Of a stretch of DNA of 38,850 nucleotides, positions 7,556-15,252 are shown piece after piece. Source of the stretch: a virus (Duplodnaviria; Caudoviricetes); IMG/VR virus record IMGVR_UViG_3300036783_000169, positions 1 through 38,850 of that record. One strand, given 5' to 3'. Position 1 is the stretch's first letter, and each line of letters opens with the position of its first letter. Below the pieces are notes generated by a model that saw nothing but the letters and a program-made list of their open reading frames with translations, ran no database searches and was not told where the DNA came from. The position numbers and the translations under genes were made by a program.

Positions 7556-8479
7556 ATGACAGTACAAGCGGACGCTCATGGTGCCAGCGGCGAACACGCC
7601 CAGCGATCAAGCGGCGTCCCCGCTGACAACCCCTACCCGTGGGGCAATCTGGCGACGTTCCGTTCGGCTGCGGAAGGGCTGACGGACGCGATCAAAGCAC
7701 GGTGCAGCGTCGAGAACCGGGTCAAGCGGGGTGGCGGCGCGGTCGACGTGGTCCAGGCCAATGCGATGGTGCAGGCCGCGCGGCAGCTCGAGGAAACCTA
7801 CCGCGACCTGCTCATGGCCGCGTACCAGAGCCAGGTCCCCGCCGAGGTGCAGGACTGGGCGGCGGGCATCCCCGGGCTCGCGACCGGTGAGCTGTTCCCC
7901 CGGATGCTCGGGATGATCGGCCACCCCCGCATCGCTATCCCGTGGGTCTGGGAAGAGGGAGCGGACGCACCGGTCCCCGCCGGGCCCCCGTACATCAGGG
8001 ACCGGCACCAGCAGCTGTGGCAATACTGCGGGGCAGGTGACCCCCGGACCCGCCCGTCGGTGCTCGGGCACCGGCCCGACCGGGACGAACTCCTCAAGGC
8101 GGGGAAACTCAAATCGGTCCGCCCCCTGCTATTCACGTTCAGTGCATACCTTGTCCGGATGCACACCCGGTCCGACGCGGTCGCCGAGTCTGCGTATTAC
8201 AAGGTGTATGAGGACGCGCGGGCGGAAGCGGCGGGGCATACCGGCAAGTGCATACCCGGTTCGTGGCCGTCGACGTGCGCGGGTACCCACCGCAGGCACG
8301 AGTACCTGTGCAAGAACACGAAGCGGCCCCCGATGAACTCGAACGGGTGCGGGACGGTCCTGCACCCCGAGTGGGGTGAACCGGGGTCACCGTGGCGACC
8401 CGGACATCTGAATATGCATGCTCACAGGGTTCTTCACAAAGAGTTTCTGCATGACCTGTGGCGGATCAGCGCACTGTGA
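7556..8479 (+). CDS. tasA: TasA-like Nop/IS110-C-domain RNA-binding protein without nuclease domain, 307 aa
   Basis: GAAGGA RBS. N-terminal coiled coil, then WAAGIPGL, LWQYCG, YYKVYEDAR and GHLNMHAHRVLHKEFLHDLW. No RuvC/DEDD N-terminus. Flanked by dual-spacer arrays. Confidence 0.8.
   Translation: MTVQADAHGASGEHAQRSSGVPADNPYPWGNLATFRSAAEGLTDAIKARCSVENRVKRGGGAVDVVQANAMVQAARQLEETYRDLLMAAYQSQVPAEVQDWAAGIPGLATGELFPRMLGMIGHPRIAIPWVWEEGADAPVPAGPPYIRDRHQQLWQYCGAGDPRTRPSVLGHRPDRDELLKAGKLKSVRPLLFTFSAYLVRMHTRSDAVAESAYYKVYEDARAEAAGHTGKCIPGSWPSTCAGTHRRHEYLCKNTKRPPMNSNGCGTVLHPEWGEPGSPWRPGHLNMHAHRVLHKEFLHDLWRISAL
7570..7619 (+). ncRNA. TIGR-like unit within the first ~21 codons of tas (TGGTGCCA/GCGATCAA)
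   Basis: GGACGCT-CA-N8-GCGGC...GCCCA-N8-GCGGCGTCC. Confidence 0.8.
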
Positions 8480-8484
8480 GGACC

Positions 8485-8727
8485 GGGCCGGGCCGCCCAG
8501 GGCACCTACGGCGGCGACGCTCATGCACGATACGGTGGCCTGGCCCACGATCAAGACGGCGCAAGCTCAGTGACGCAACGGCCAGCCGCCCAGAGTTGTC
8601 ACGGCACTCAGTGGCTCAAGCACGATACGGCGGTACGGCTCAGGAGGGTTACGGAAACCAAGGGAATCACGGCCACGCCGCCCAACACGCTGACGGCAGG
8701 ATCACTGCTCACTGTCAAGACGGCGGC
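8485..8727 (+). ncRNA. TIGR-like array 2: 5 units
   Basis: 10 motifs; first unit closed by a 13-bp stem with G.U pairs. Confidence 0.92.
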
Positions 8728-8754
8728 TGCCCGCATAGGAAAGGACAAGGACGC

Positions 8755-9471
8755 ATGACCCACTTCACGGTTCTGGTGTGCTGCAAGGACCCGGGTGACC
8801 TGGACGGGGCGCTGGCCCCGTTCGACGAGAACGACGAGAACGCGGAGAACCCCCGGTGGGACTGGTGGGTGATCGGCGGCCGGTGGGCCGGCAGTCTCCT
8901 CATCAAGCCGGGGCATGAGGCGGAGGTCATCATGCCCGGGGCGGCGACCTGGTCGACCCCGGAAATCCGCGACGGGTACTGCGACGGGGGGCCGAAACGG
9001 GCCATCGACGTGGACCGGATGCGGGACGACGCCGCCCGCAACGCGCGTATCCGGTTCGGGGAGTACGCGAAGCTCACCGAGGGTACCCCCGACCCGCTGC
9101 CGTGGAAGACGTTCGCGGATAACATCAGCGAGGGAAACGGGTACACGGTCCAGCAGGCCCGCGACGAGTACAACGCGCAGCCGAGGATCGCGGTCCTCAA
9201 GGGCACGACGTTCGACCGCCTGTTCAGCGACCCGGCCGAGGAGTTCGCCTGCACGGAGCAGGTGTACGCCGAACGGGTCCGTGCGCAGGCCGTCCCCGGG
9301 TACGCGCTGCTGACCACCGACGGGAGGTGGCTGGCACCCGGTGAGATGGGCTGGTGGGGCATGTCAACCGACGAGCAGCCCGACCGGATCGGATACTGGG
9401 AGGTCGCCAACGCCTACATCGACCAGCTGTCAGACGACACGTGGCTGATCATGACCGATTGTCATATTTAG
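8755..9471 (+). CDS. Conserved phage hypothetical protein, 238 aa
   Basis: GGAAAGGA RBS; MTHFTVLV, WDWWVIGGRW, GEMGWWG and C-terminal DCHI motifs of a common phage family. Confidence 0.85.
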   Translation: MTHFTVLVCCKDPGDLDGALAPFDENDENAENPRWDWWVIGGRWAGSLLIKPGHEAEVIMPGAATWSTPEIRDGYCDGGPKRAIDVDRMRDDAARNARIRFGEYAKLTEGTPDPLPWKTFADNISEGNGYTVQQARDEYNAQPRIAVLKGTTFDRLFSDPAEEFACTEQVYAERVRAQAVPGYALLTTDGRWLAPGEMGWWGMSTDEQPDRIGYWEVANAYIDQLSDDTWLIMTDCHI

Positions 9472-9476
9472 ACCGG

Positions 9477-9614
9477 ACGGTGGCCTGGCCCACGCTGGAA
9501 ACGGCCAGCCGCCCATGCAGCTAACGGCACGTACCTGCTCAAGCTGGTGACGGCGGCTGGCCCAAGATGGCCACGGCGGCACACGACCGCTCACACGAGC
9601 TACGGCCCAGCCGC
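9477..9614 (+). ncRNA. TIGR-like array 3: 1 single spacer plus 2 units
   Basis: 5 motifs; 11-bp stem GGCCAGCCGCC/GGCGGCTGGCC. Confidence 0.9.
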
Positions 9615-9638
9615 ATACGAAAGGAGTACGATACTCAC

Positions 9639-9863
9639 ATGGCTGAGGAGCGGAAACCACTCGAACGGGTCACGGTCAACCTTGTCCCGCGCGCGTCGAA
9701 AGCCCTCCAGCTCGCCGTCGACATCACCGGCGACTCCAAGACCGACACCATCAACCGGGCCATCCAGATGTACGCATACTTTGAGCACACCGTACGGGAA
9801 GGCGGCACCATCCTGGTCCGCGACCAGGACGGGGGTGAGCTGTCCGTCGTCCGCTGGTACTGA
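9639..9863 (+). CDS. Ribbon-helix-helix (CopG-like) regulator
   Basis: AAAGGAG RBS; RVTVNL...SKTDTINRAI. Confidence 0.8.
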   Translation: MAEERKPLERVTVNLVPRASKALQLAVDITGDSKTDTINRAIQMYAYFEHTVREGGTILVRDQDGGELSVVRWY

Positions 9864-9870
9864 CCTGGCG

Positions 9871-10059
9871 CGGCCCATGCTTGTTACGGCCCTGGCGGCT
9901 CAGAGAGGTGACGGCCGGCCCACGCCGTTAACGGCCCATGGTGGCCCAAGCTTGTAACGGCCGGCCCAGGCGAACTACGGCACATGCTGCTCATTGTCGA
10001 TACGGCCAGGCCGCTCATAGCAGTGACGGCAACCGCCCATGGTAGCAGCGGCGGCCTGG
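9871..10059 (+). ncRNA. TIGR-like array 4: 4 units
   Basis: 8 motifs with edge and loop stems. Confidence 0.92.
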
Positions 10060-10063
10060 ACGG

Positions 10064-10098
10064 ACGGGAGCCCGGCGCATCACGCGCCGGGCTCCCGT
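10064..10098. terminator. Terminator hairpin ending the tas operon
   Basis: 15-bp perfect stem between convergent transcription units. Confidence 0.8.
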
Positions 10099-10110
10099 TG
10101 CGGTCCTGGG

Positions 10111-10536
10111 TCAGTACTGCTGCCTCACCGGCCCGTGACGGTCGAACGTGACGGGCTGCGGTGCGAAGAAGTCGAACCCGCAGATTTCCTCGAGCTGGCG
10201 GAGCTCGGCCCGCTGGTAGCGGTTGAGGTGCCGGAACTGCTGCAGGAACAGGAGCTGGTCGAGGAGCCGCTCGTCGGAGCGGGTGCAGAAGTCCCGGTCC
10301 CGGTTGCGGTCCCGGTCGCGCTGGTCGGTGACTTCGCGCTGGTCGCGCTGGTCGCGGTTGAACTGCTCGTCGCGGTTGCGGTTGCGGTCGAAGTTGAACT
10401 GCTGCTGGTCGCTGCCGCCGCTGCTGAAGTGGACGGGCTGCGGGACCTCACCCGCGGACGCGGACGCGGCGCTGACCGCGAGACCACCGCCGAGCACCCC
10501 CAGAACCGCGAAGATTACCATGAGTCGCCTGAACAT
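10111..10536 (-). CDS. Secreted protein with RD/RN low-complexity tract
   Basis: GGAGG RBS; signal peptide ending ASA. Confidence 0.7.
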   Translation of the reverse strand: MFRRLMVIFAVLGVLGGGLAVSAASASAGEVPQPVHFSSGGSDQQQFNFDRNRNRDEQFNRDQRDQREVTDQRDRDRNRDRDFCTRSDERLLDQLLFLQQFRHLNRYQRAELRQLEEICGFDFFAPQPVTFDRHGPVRQQY

Positions 10537-10717
10537 GTACTGAACCTCCCCTGGGAAAGACACAACGCACCCCACGCTAGACCCCTGCGGGTCTCATGTC
10601 GACGCACGGAACCTGTTACGCAACCGTTTTCAGCGTCGTGTAATCCGATGACCCTGCTGTGGGAGTCTTCTACGTGGGCCCTCAGGCCCGCGCACAGACC
10701 CACAGAAAGGAAACCAG

Positions 10718-11446
10718 ATGCGATTTACGCGCACGTGGAAGATCGCGGTGGTATCCGGGATCTCGGCTCTCGCGCTGGCCGCCGCTGGCACCACCGCGTT
10801 CGCCGGGACGACCCCGACCCCGCACGACACGCCGACCGTATCCCCCAACTTCGGCTACTCCCCGCCCCCCACCCCGCGGCCGGTGCAGCTGCGTGACTGG
10901 CAGTTCGACCTGCAGCAGTCCCAGATCGACGTGACCCAGGTCAACGACGTCGACGGGTTCGGCGCGGTCCCGTTCAACGGCTGGACCGACGTGCAGCTGT
11001 CCCCGAACGTCGACCGGTTCCAGCGCGGCGGGAACTCCATCACCCTCTGGCACGACTCGCTGCCGTTCCCGACCGTGGAGGCGGACACCTGCACCATCAA
11101 TTTCGACCAGAACGAAGGCAGCTTCCGGGTCATCGCCGGGACCGGCATAGGGGCGGGCTGGCGTTCCGTGAATGGCCGCTTCAACCTGCGCGGTGTCATC
11201 TCCGTCCGTGACCGCAACGGCGTCTGCCCGCTCCGGTTCGTGTCGCTGGGCACCATCCTCCGCGACGTGGAGTTCAACCGGCCGCTGCCCGGCCAGGTGA
11301 CGTTCGCTGACTTCGCGGTCCAGGGGGACGCGAAGCTGTTCCGCACGGTGCAGCCGCTGCCCGTGCCGCACCCCACCAGGACCGTGAAGCCCCACGAGAC
11401 GGTTTCACCGCACGAGACCGTGACTGTCGCGCCGGCTGACGGCTGA
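10718..11446 (+). CDS. Secreted beta-rich protein, 242 aa
   Basis: GAAAGGA RBS; signal peptide ending AFA; P/T linkers. Confidence 0.8.
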   Translation: MRFTRTWKIAVVSGISALALAAAGTTAFAGTTPTPHDTPTVSPNFGYSPPPTPRPVQLRDWQFDLQQSQIDVTQVNDVDGFGAVPFNGWTDVQLSPNVDRFQRGGNSITLWHDSLPFPTVEADTCTINFDQNEGSFRVIAGTGIGAGWRSVNGRFNLRGVISVRDRNGVCPLRFVSLGTILRDVEFNRPLPGQVTFADFAVQGDAKLFRTVQPLPVPHPTRTVKPHETVSPHETVTVAPADG

Positions 11447-11460
11447 CCGTCCCGCTGAAC

Positions 11461-11496
11461 GCGCGGCTCCAGCCGGGGGAGAGGCTGGAGCCGCGC
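11461..11496. terminator. Bidirectional terminator hairpin
   Basis: 14-bp perfect stem between convergent genes. Confidence 0.75.
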
Positions 11497-11501
11497 CTTC
11501 G

Positions 11502-12941
11502 TCAGTACATCTCGAAAAGCGGCATCTGATCCGGGGGGACCGGAGGGGGGCGCGGGACGCCGAGAGCCCGCGCCCTTTCCCCCGCATCCACGGTCCTCCA
11601 CTTCGCGGCCAGCCGGCAGTAATCGGCGGACATGTCGACGCTGATCCCGATCCGGTCGTGGACTGACGCGACGAGCGCGGTGGTGCCCGTCCCGCCGAAC
11701 GGGTCCAGCACGACCGCGGGCCTGGTCTCGGCGGGTTCCCACTGCTCCCAGTGGTAGTCCCGCACGTTCTGGCGTTGCGGCCAGGCACGGTGCCCGCCGA
11801 CCCCGGCGTCCTCGCGGCGCTGCTCCGTCTCCTCACCGCGCATGTACATGCGGTCGGGGGTGACGGTCGGCTGTTTCCGTTCGGGATGGTCGGTGTACGG
11901 GGTGCAGTCGCACGCCCACCCCTGGATGACCGCGTCGGTGTACCCGTACGTGTACTGCGCGCCCCGCGCCGCCCGCCCGTGCGCACGTATCCGCTCATGC
12001 CCCTCATACTTGGAACCCTCAGCCCCGGACAGCCGCCCCCGGTTCAGTTCCACCAGGTTCTTGTCCACGACCGGGAACCGGCCCTTACCGCACGCCGTGC
12101 AGATCCCCGGCGGGGACCACCCCAGGATCACGCGGCGGCACAGCTCCGGGGGGAACGCGGCGTAATGGTCGACGCCCACCCACTCCGGGACCACCAGCGG
12201 AGCCGACGGGATCGGCCAGATCGACCCGGGCAGCCTGCCGAGGGGGTGCGGGTTGTCCAGCTGGAAATTGACCGCGCGGACCTCTTCGACGTCCATCCGC
12301 GGGACGTGAACCCGCCGCGTCCCGGAACGCGCGGTCGGCTGCCCCCCCGTAACCCCGGGCACCCGGATCATGTCGATCGCGGAATAGTACTTGGGCTGCT
12401 TCGTGAAGTGGTAAACGGTCGTGTGGGACGTGCGGGCCCGGTCGGCGACCGACTCCGGGGTCTCGTTCACGTGGTGCCAGATAATCTCTTGCCGCAGGAT
12501 GAGACCGAGGAAGTCGGTGCAGCCGATCGCGTATCTTTGCGGCATTTGCATGCGGGATTTGCCCCGGAACCCGGCCGGGATACCGCCGCCCGCCCGCGCG
12601 GTCCCGGCGGGCTGGTCCGGTGAGACGAACCCCCGTCCCACGTTCGCGGTCCTGGAGATGCTCTTGGACAGCCCGTTCATCGCGCCCGCGTACGTGTCAC
12701 CCAGCTCCACGAACAGCGACCCCGACGGTTTCAAAACACGCAGCCATTCATGGGTGAAGTCCAGCAGCCGCTTGATGAACTCCCGCGGATCACTCTCCGA
12801 CCCGAACTGGCCCGCGTAGTGGTCCCCGCCGTCCTGATACGACCGCAGCCGGTAGAACGGCGGCGACGTGCAGATCAGGTCCACGCTGTTGTCCGCCAGC
12901 GGGATGTGCCCCGCGTCACCGCGCAGCACCACCGCTCTCAC
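11502..12941 (-). CDS. N4-C/N6-A DNA methyltransferase (beta class)
   Basis: TSPPF catalytic motif, HYAAFP, and C-terminal VLDPFGGTGTT SAM motif. Confidence 0.92.
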   Translation of the reverse strand: MRAVVLRGDAGHIPLADNSVDLICTSPPFYRLRSYQDGGDHYAGQFGSESDPREFIKRLLDFTHEWLRVLKPSGSLFVELGDTYAGAMNGLSKSISRTANVGRGFVSPDQPAGTARAGGGIPAGFRGKSRMQMPQRYAIGCTDFLGLILRQEIIWHHVNETPESVADRARTSHTTVYHFTKQPKYYSAIDMIRVPGVTGGQPTARSGTRRVHVPRMDVEEVRAVNFQLDNPHPLGRLPGSIWPIPSAPLVVPEWVGVDHYAAFPPELCRRVILGWSPPGICTACGKGRFPVVDKNLVELNRGRLSGAEGSKYEGHERIRAHGRAARGAQYTYGYTDAVIQGWACDCTPYTDHPERKQPTVTPDRMYMRGEETEQRREDAGVGGHRAWPQRQNVRDYHWEQWEPAETRPAVVLDPFGGTGTTALVASVHDRIGISVDMSADYCRLAAKWRTVDAGERARALGVPRPPPVPPDQMPLFEMY

Positions 12942-13186
12942 AGCTCATCACCGAACGTCTGGGTGAAGCTGTCATCATCCCGGTAATCGAAGTGACGGAC
13001 ACCGGCGACGACCATCTCACCGCAGTACCCGCAGTGGTACTGCCCGAGCGGGACACCGACCAGCTGCTGCGGCTCCCATGGCCACGGGCACGGCTCACCC
13101 TCCTGCGTCAGCGGCGGGTCCAGGTCCGGACGCTTCGTGCAGTCAATATCAACCGCGTCCTTCGGCTCGATCTCATGCCACTTCAC
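12938..13186 (-). CDS. Hypothetical Zn-ribbon protein
   Basis: HCGYCG; overlap-coupled at both ends. Confidence 0.65.
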   Translation of the reverse strand: MKWHEIEPKDAVDIDCTKRPDLDPPLTQEGEPCPWPWEPQQLVGVPLGQYHCGYCGEMVVAGVRHFDYRDDDSFTQTFGDEL

Positions 13187-13470
13187 TTCGGCAGCACCAT
13201 CCCTCCGCACTTGTAGCAAAATCCTTTGATGACGCGGGCGCGGGGGTGGTCGCACGCCGTCTGTGCTCTGGGCGTTCCCGCCGTTGTTCCCGTGGGCGTG
13301 TGACCGGGTGCCGTTTCCTCTGTGGGCATTGCTGCCGTAGCGGCGTTGAGCACATGGTCGATCAGGTCAGCCACCCACCGGGCCCGCGACTGGCCCCCGC
13401 GCACATCATCGAGTTTCGAGGCTGTCTCTGCGGAAACACGGACGCTGATCACGTTGTCTCGCCGGGGCAT
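13183..13470 (-). CDS. RHH regulator with C-terminal Cys/His motif
   Basis: VISVRVS...SRARWVADLI; CDHP...CYKC; the linker consists of two guide units. Confidence 0.75.
   Translation of the reverse strand: MPRRDNVISVRVSAETASKLDDVRGGQSRARWVADLIDHVLNAATAAMPTEETAPGHTPTGTTAGTPRAQTACDHPRARVIKGFCYKCGGMVLPK
13253..13353 (-). ncRNA. Two TIGR-like units inside the RHH gene (ACGCCGCT/CAGAGGAA; CGGGAACA/GAGCACAG)
   Basis: Four GCYCA-N8-ACGGC motifs; GCAA and GGAA tetraloops; closing stems. Confidence 0.85.
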
Positions 13471-13539
13471 GCCATCAACCTACAGGGGGACGCCCCGGCG
13501 CGGTAGTGCGCCGGGACGTCCAGATCGTAGTCATGACGG

Positions 13540-13689
13540 TCACTTCTTCCCGTGCGGCGTGCTCTCCGGGTTCCGCTGCTTGCGTGCCGGATTGTTCCTG
13601 GTCCGGCGGTGCTCAGCGGCGTACCGGGCGCACTTGACGCGGTGGCGTCCGTGCTTACGGTTTTTCTTTCCGCCCTTGTGTGCGGGCAT
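13540..13689 (-). CDS. 49-aa highly basic protein
   Basis: MPAHKGGKKNRKHGRHRVKC...; GGGAGG upstream. Confidence 0.6.
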   Translation of the reverse strand: MPAHKGGKKNRKHGRHRVKCARYAAEHRRTRNNPARKQRNPESTPHGKK

Positions 13690-13772
13690 CTGGGGGTCTC
13701 ACCCCCCTCCCTGCTGGCAGTTACCTGTCCGGCAGGGTGCGCTCGCTGCGCATGGACCCTCCTCTCGAAAGG

Positions 13773-13828
13773 CCCAGGGCCGTCCCAGCTATGGGCTCAG
13801 ATAAGCCGTGGGGGTGATGGGCCCTGGG
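13773..13828 (-). ncRNA. Stand-alone TIGR-like unit (TCACCCCC/TAGCTGGG)
   Basis: 9-bp stem CCCAGGGCC/GGCCCTGGG; TATGAT upstream at 13864-13869. Confidence 0.85.
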
Positions 13829-13875
13829 TTAAATTCAATTGTACCCTACTGTCCGTCTGGCGTATCATAGTGGGT

Positions 13876-14622
13876 ATGACCAAGCGACTTCACCAAGTAG
13901 TAGTCATCGAGCGAGGTGTCCAAAGCGATACTGAGCGTGTCCTAGAGACTTATAAGCGCTTGTTTGCGCTGGGCGGCGACCAGAACCCGATGAAGGGGCT
14001 GGTCAGGACCTACCAGCCGCTCCGTGAGGGCGGCGTCCAGCATCCTCCGCAGAGCCAGAAGGTGCAGGTGAAGGCGTCGGATCTCATCCCCGAGATCAAG
14101 CAGGCGCTCGCCACCTGGTTCGGCGTGAAGTACACGCGGGAGTTCTGGAACACGAAGGCGACCGCAGACCTGGTGGTCGACGGCGAGACGATCCTGACCG
14201 GCGTGCCGACGACCTTTTTCCTGTTCCTCGAGGCGCAGGTCGCGGCGATCCGGTCGGGTCTGATCGCCCGGTTCCCGACGCTGGACCCTGCCGAGGACTG
14301 GCATCACGACCCGGCGCGTGGCATCTGGGTGACCGAACCGCGGGTCACCGAGTCGACCGCGAAGGTGCCCCAGGTGCAGCTGCTCGCCCCGGCGACGAAG
14401 GAGCACCCGGCGCAGGTCCGCCCGTATGACACGGACGAGAAGGTCGGCGAGTGGACCAGCACGAAGCTGTCGGGTCAGCTTCCCGCCGACGACGTGAGCG
14501 CCATGTTCGACCGGTGCTCTAAGCTGCTCGTCGCGATCAAGCAGGCGAGGGAACAGGCGAACAGCATCGAAGTAGAGGACAAGGATGCTTCGCCGGTCCT
14601 TGACTGGATATTCGGAGCATGA
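13876..14622 (+). CDS. Conserved actinobacterial/phage hypothetical protein, 248 aa
   Basis: Leaderless after TATCAT; motifs RTYQP, FLFLE, ATKEHPAQV, AREQAN (family recalled as DUF7873-like, unverified). Confidence 0.85.
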   Translation: MTKRLHQVVVIERGVQSDTERVLETYKRLFALGGDQNPMKGLVRTYQPLREGGVQHPPQSQKVQVKASDLIPEIKQALATWFGVKYTREFWNTKATADLVVDGETILTGVPTTFFLFLEAQVAAIRSGLIARFPTLDPAEDWHHDPARGIWVTEPRVTESTAKVPQVQLLAPATKEHPAQVRPYDTDEKVGEWTSTKLSGQLPADDVSAMFDRCSKLLVAIKQAREQANSIEVEDKDASPVLDWIFGA

Positions 14623-14675
14623 TGATGCCCAGTGCTGGAACGGCGCAAGCCCAAAAATCCAACGGCATCACATGA
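14618..14675 (+). ncRNA. Single TIGR-like unit (GTGCTGGA/AAAATCCA)
   Basis: TGATGCC/GGCATCA stem, GGC-GCAA-GCC loop, flanked by CATGA direct repeats. Confidence 0.85.
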
Positions 14676-14827
14676 ACCACATCGCGGTCAGCGGCCACGG
14701 CGACGTTTACGCGGCGTGGCTGCTGTCCCGGTGGCTGTGGCATCAGATCGGCTGGTGGTCGATACCGGTCACGGGCGCAGCCGCCGGGATCGTCGCGTGG
14801 GTCAGGACATACTTTGAGAGGAGGTGA
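14672..14827 (+). CDS. Small Trp-rich membrane protein
   Basis: Hydrophobic, 51 aa. Confidence 0.55.
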   Translation: MNHIAVSGHGDVYAAWLLSRWLWHQIGWWSIPVTGAAAGIVAWVRTYFERR

Positions 14828-14829
14828 CC

Positions 14830-15057
14830 ATGAGCGTCTACGAGCAGGCCGGTCACTGCGAGAGCTACTGTGATCATGGCGGCATGTGCGTGCTGCCGCT
14901 CGGGCATGAGGGGATGCACGACAGCAAGTACTGCACGTGGCCCGACGCGGACGCGGTGACCCGCGAGGTCGCCGACGAACGGCTGCGTGACCAGCCGATG
15001 GGTTCTCTCGTCCTCATGGCGCAGGAACTGTACGAGCGTATCCACCGGGAAGACTGA
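14830..15057 (+). CDS. Hypothetical protein with CxLxxGHxGxH motif
   Basis: GGAGGT RBS. Confidence 0.7.
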   Translation: MSVYEQAGHCESYCDHGGMCVLPLGHEGMHDSKYCTWPDADAVTREVADERLRDQPMGSLVLMAQELYERIHRED

Positions 15058-15060
15058 CCG

Positions 15061-15252
15061 GCGGCTCATTGTTCGAACGGCCCGTAGTGGCTCATGATCG
15101 TGGCGGCCGCTTATAACTGAACATGTCCGGGGTGGCCCAATCCCAGTACGCGGCCCGTAGGTGGCTCACGTTCGGCGCGGCCACCCCGGCTCCGACCGGG
15201 GCTCACCGCAGTGGCGGCCGTCAATCGGCTCAAACGTGAGACGGCCCTGGTC
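15061..15252 (+). ncRNA. TIGR-like array 5: 3 units
   Basis: Closing stems of 6, 11 and 10 bp; first half of unit 2 is irregular. Confidence 0.85.

Noticed and set aside
7556-8479. IS110 transposase
   Set aside because: Lacks the N-terminal DEDD RuvC domain and an evident catalytic serine motif; associated with multi-unit arrays.
7175-10059. CRISPR array
   Set aside because: No 25-40-nt identical repeats, spacers are only 8-9 nt, and there are no cas genes.
14596-14612. 13/16 match next to unit 14618
   Set aside because: Needs a 1-nt gap that fits neither candidate geometry.
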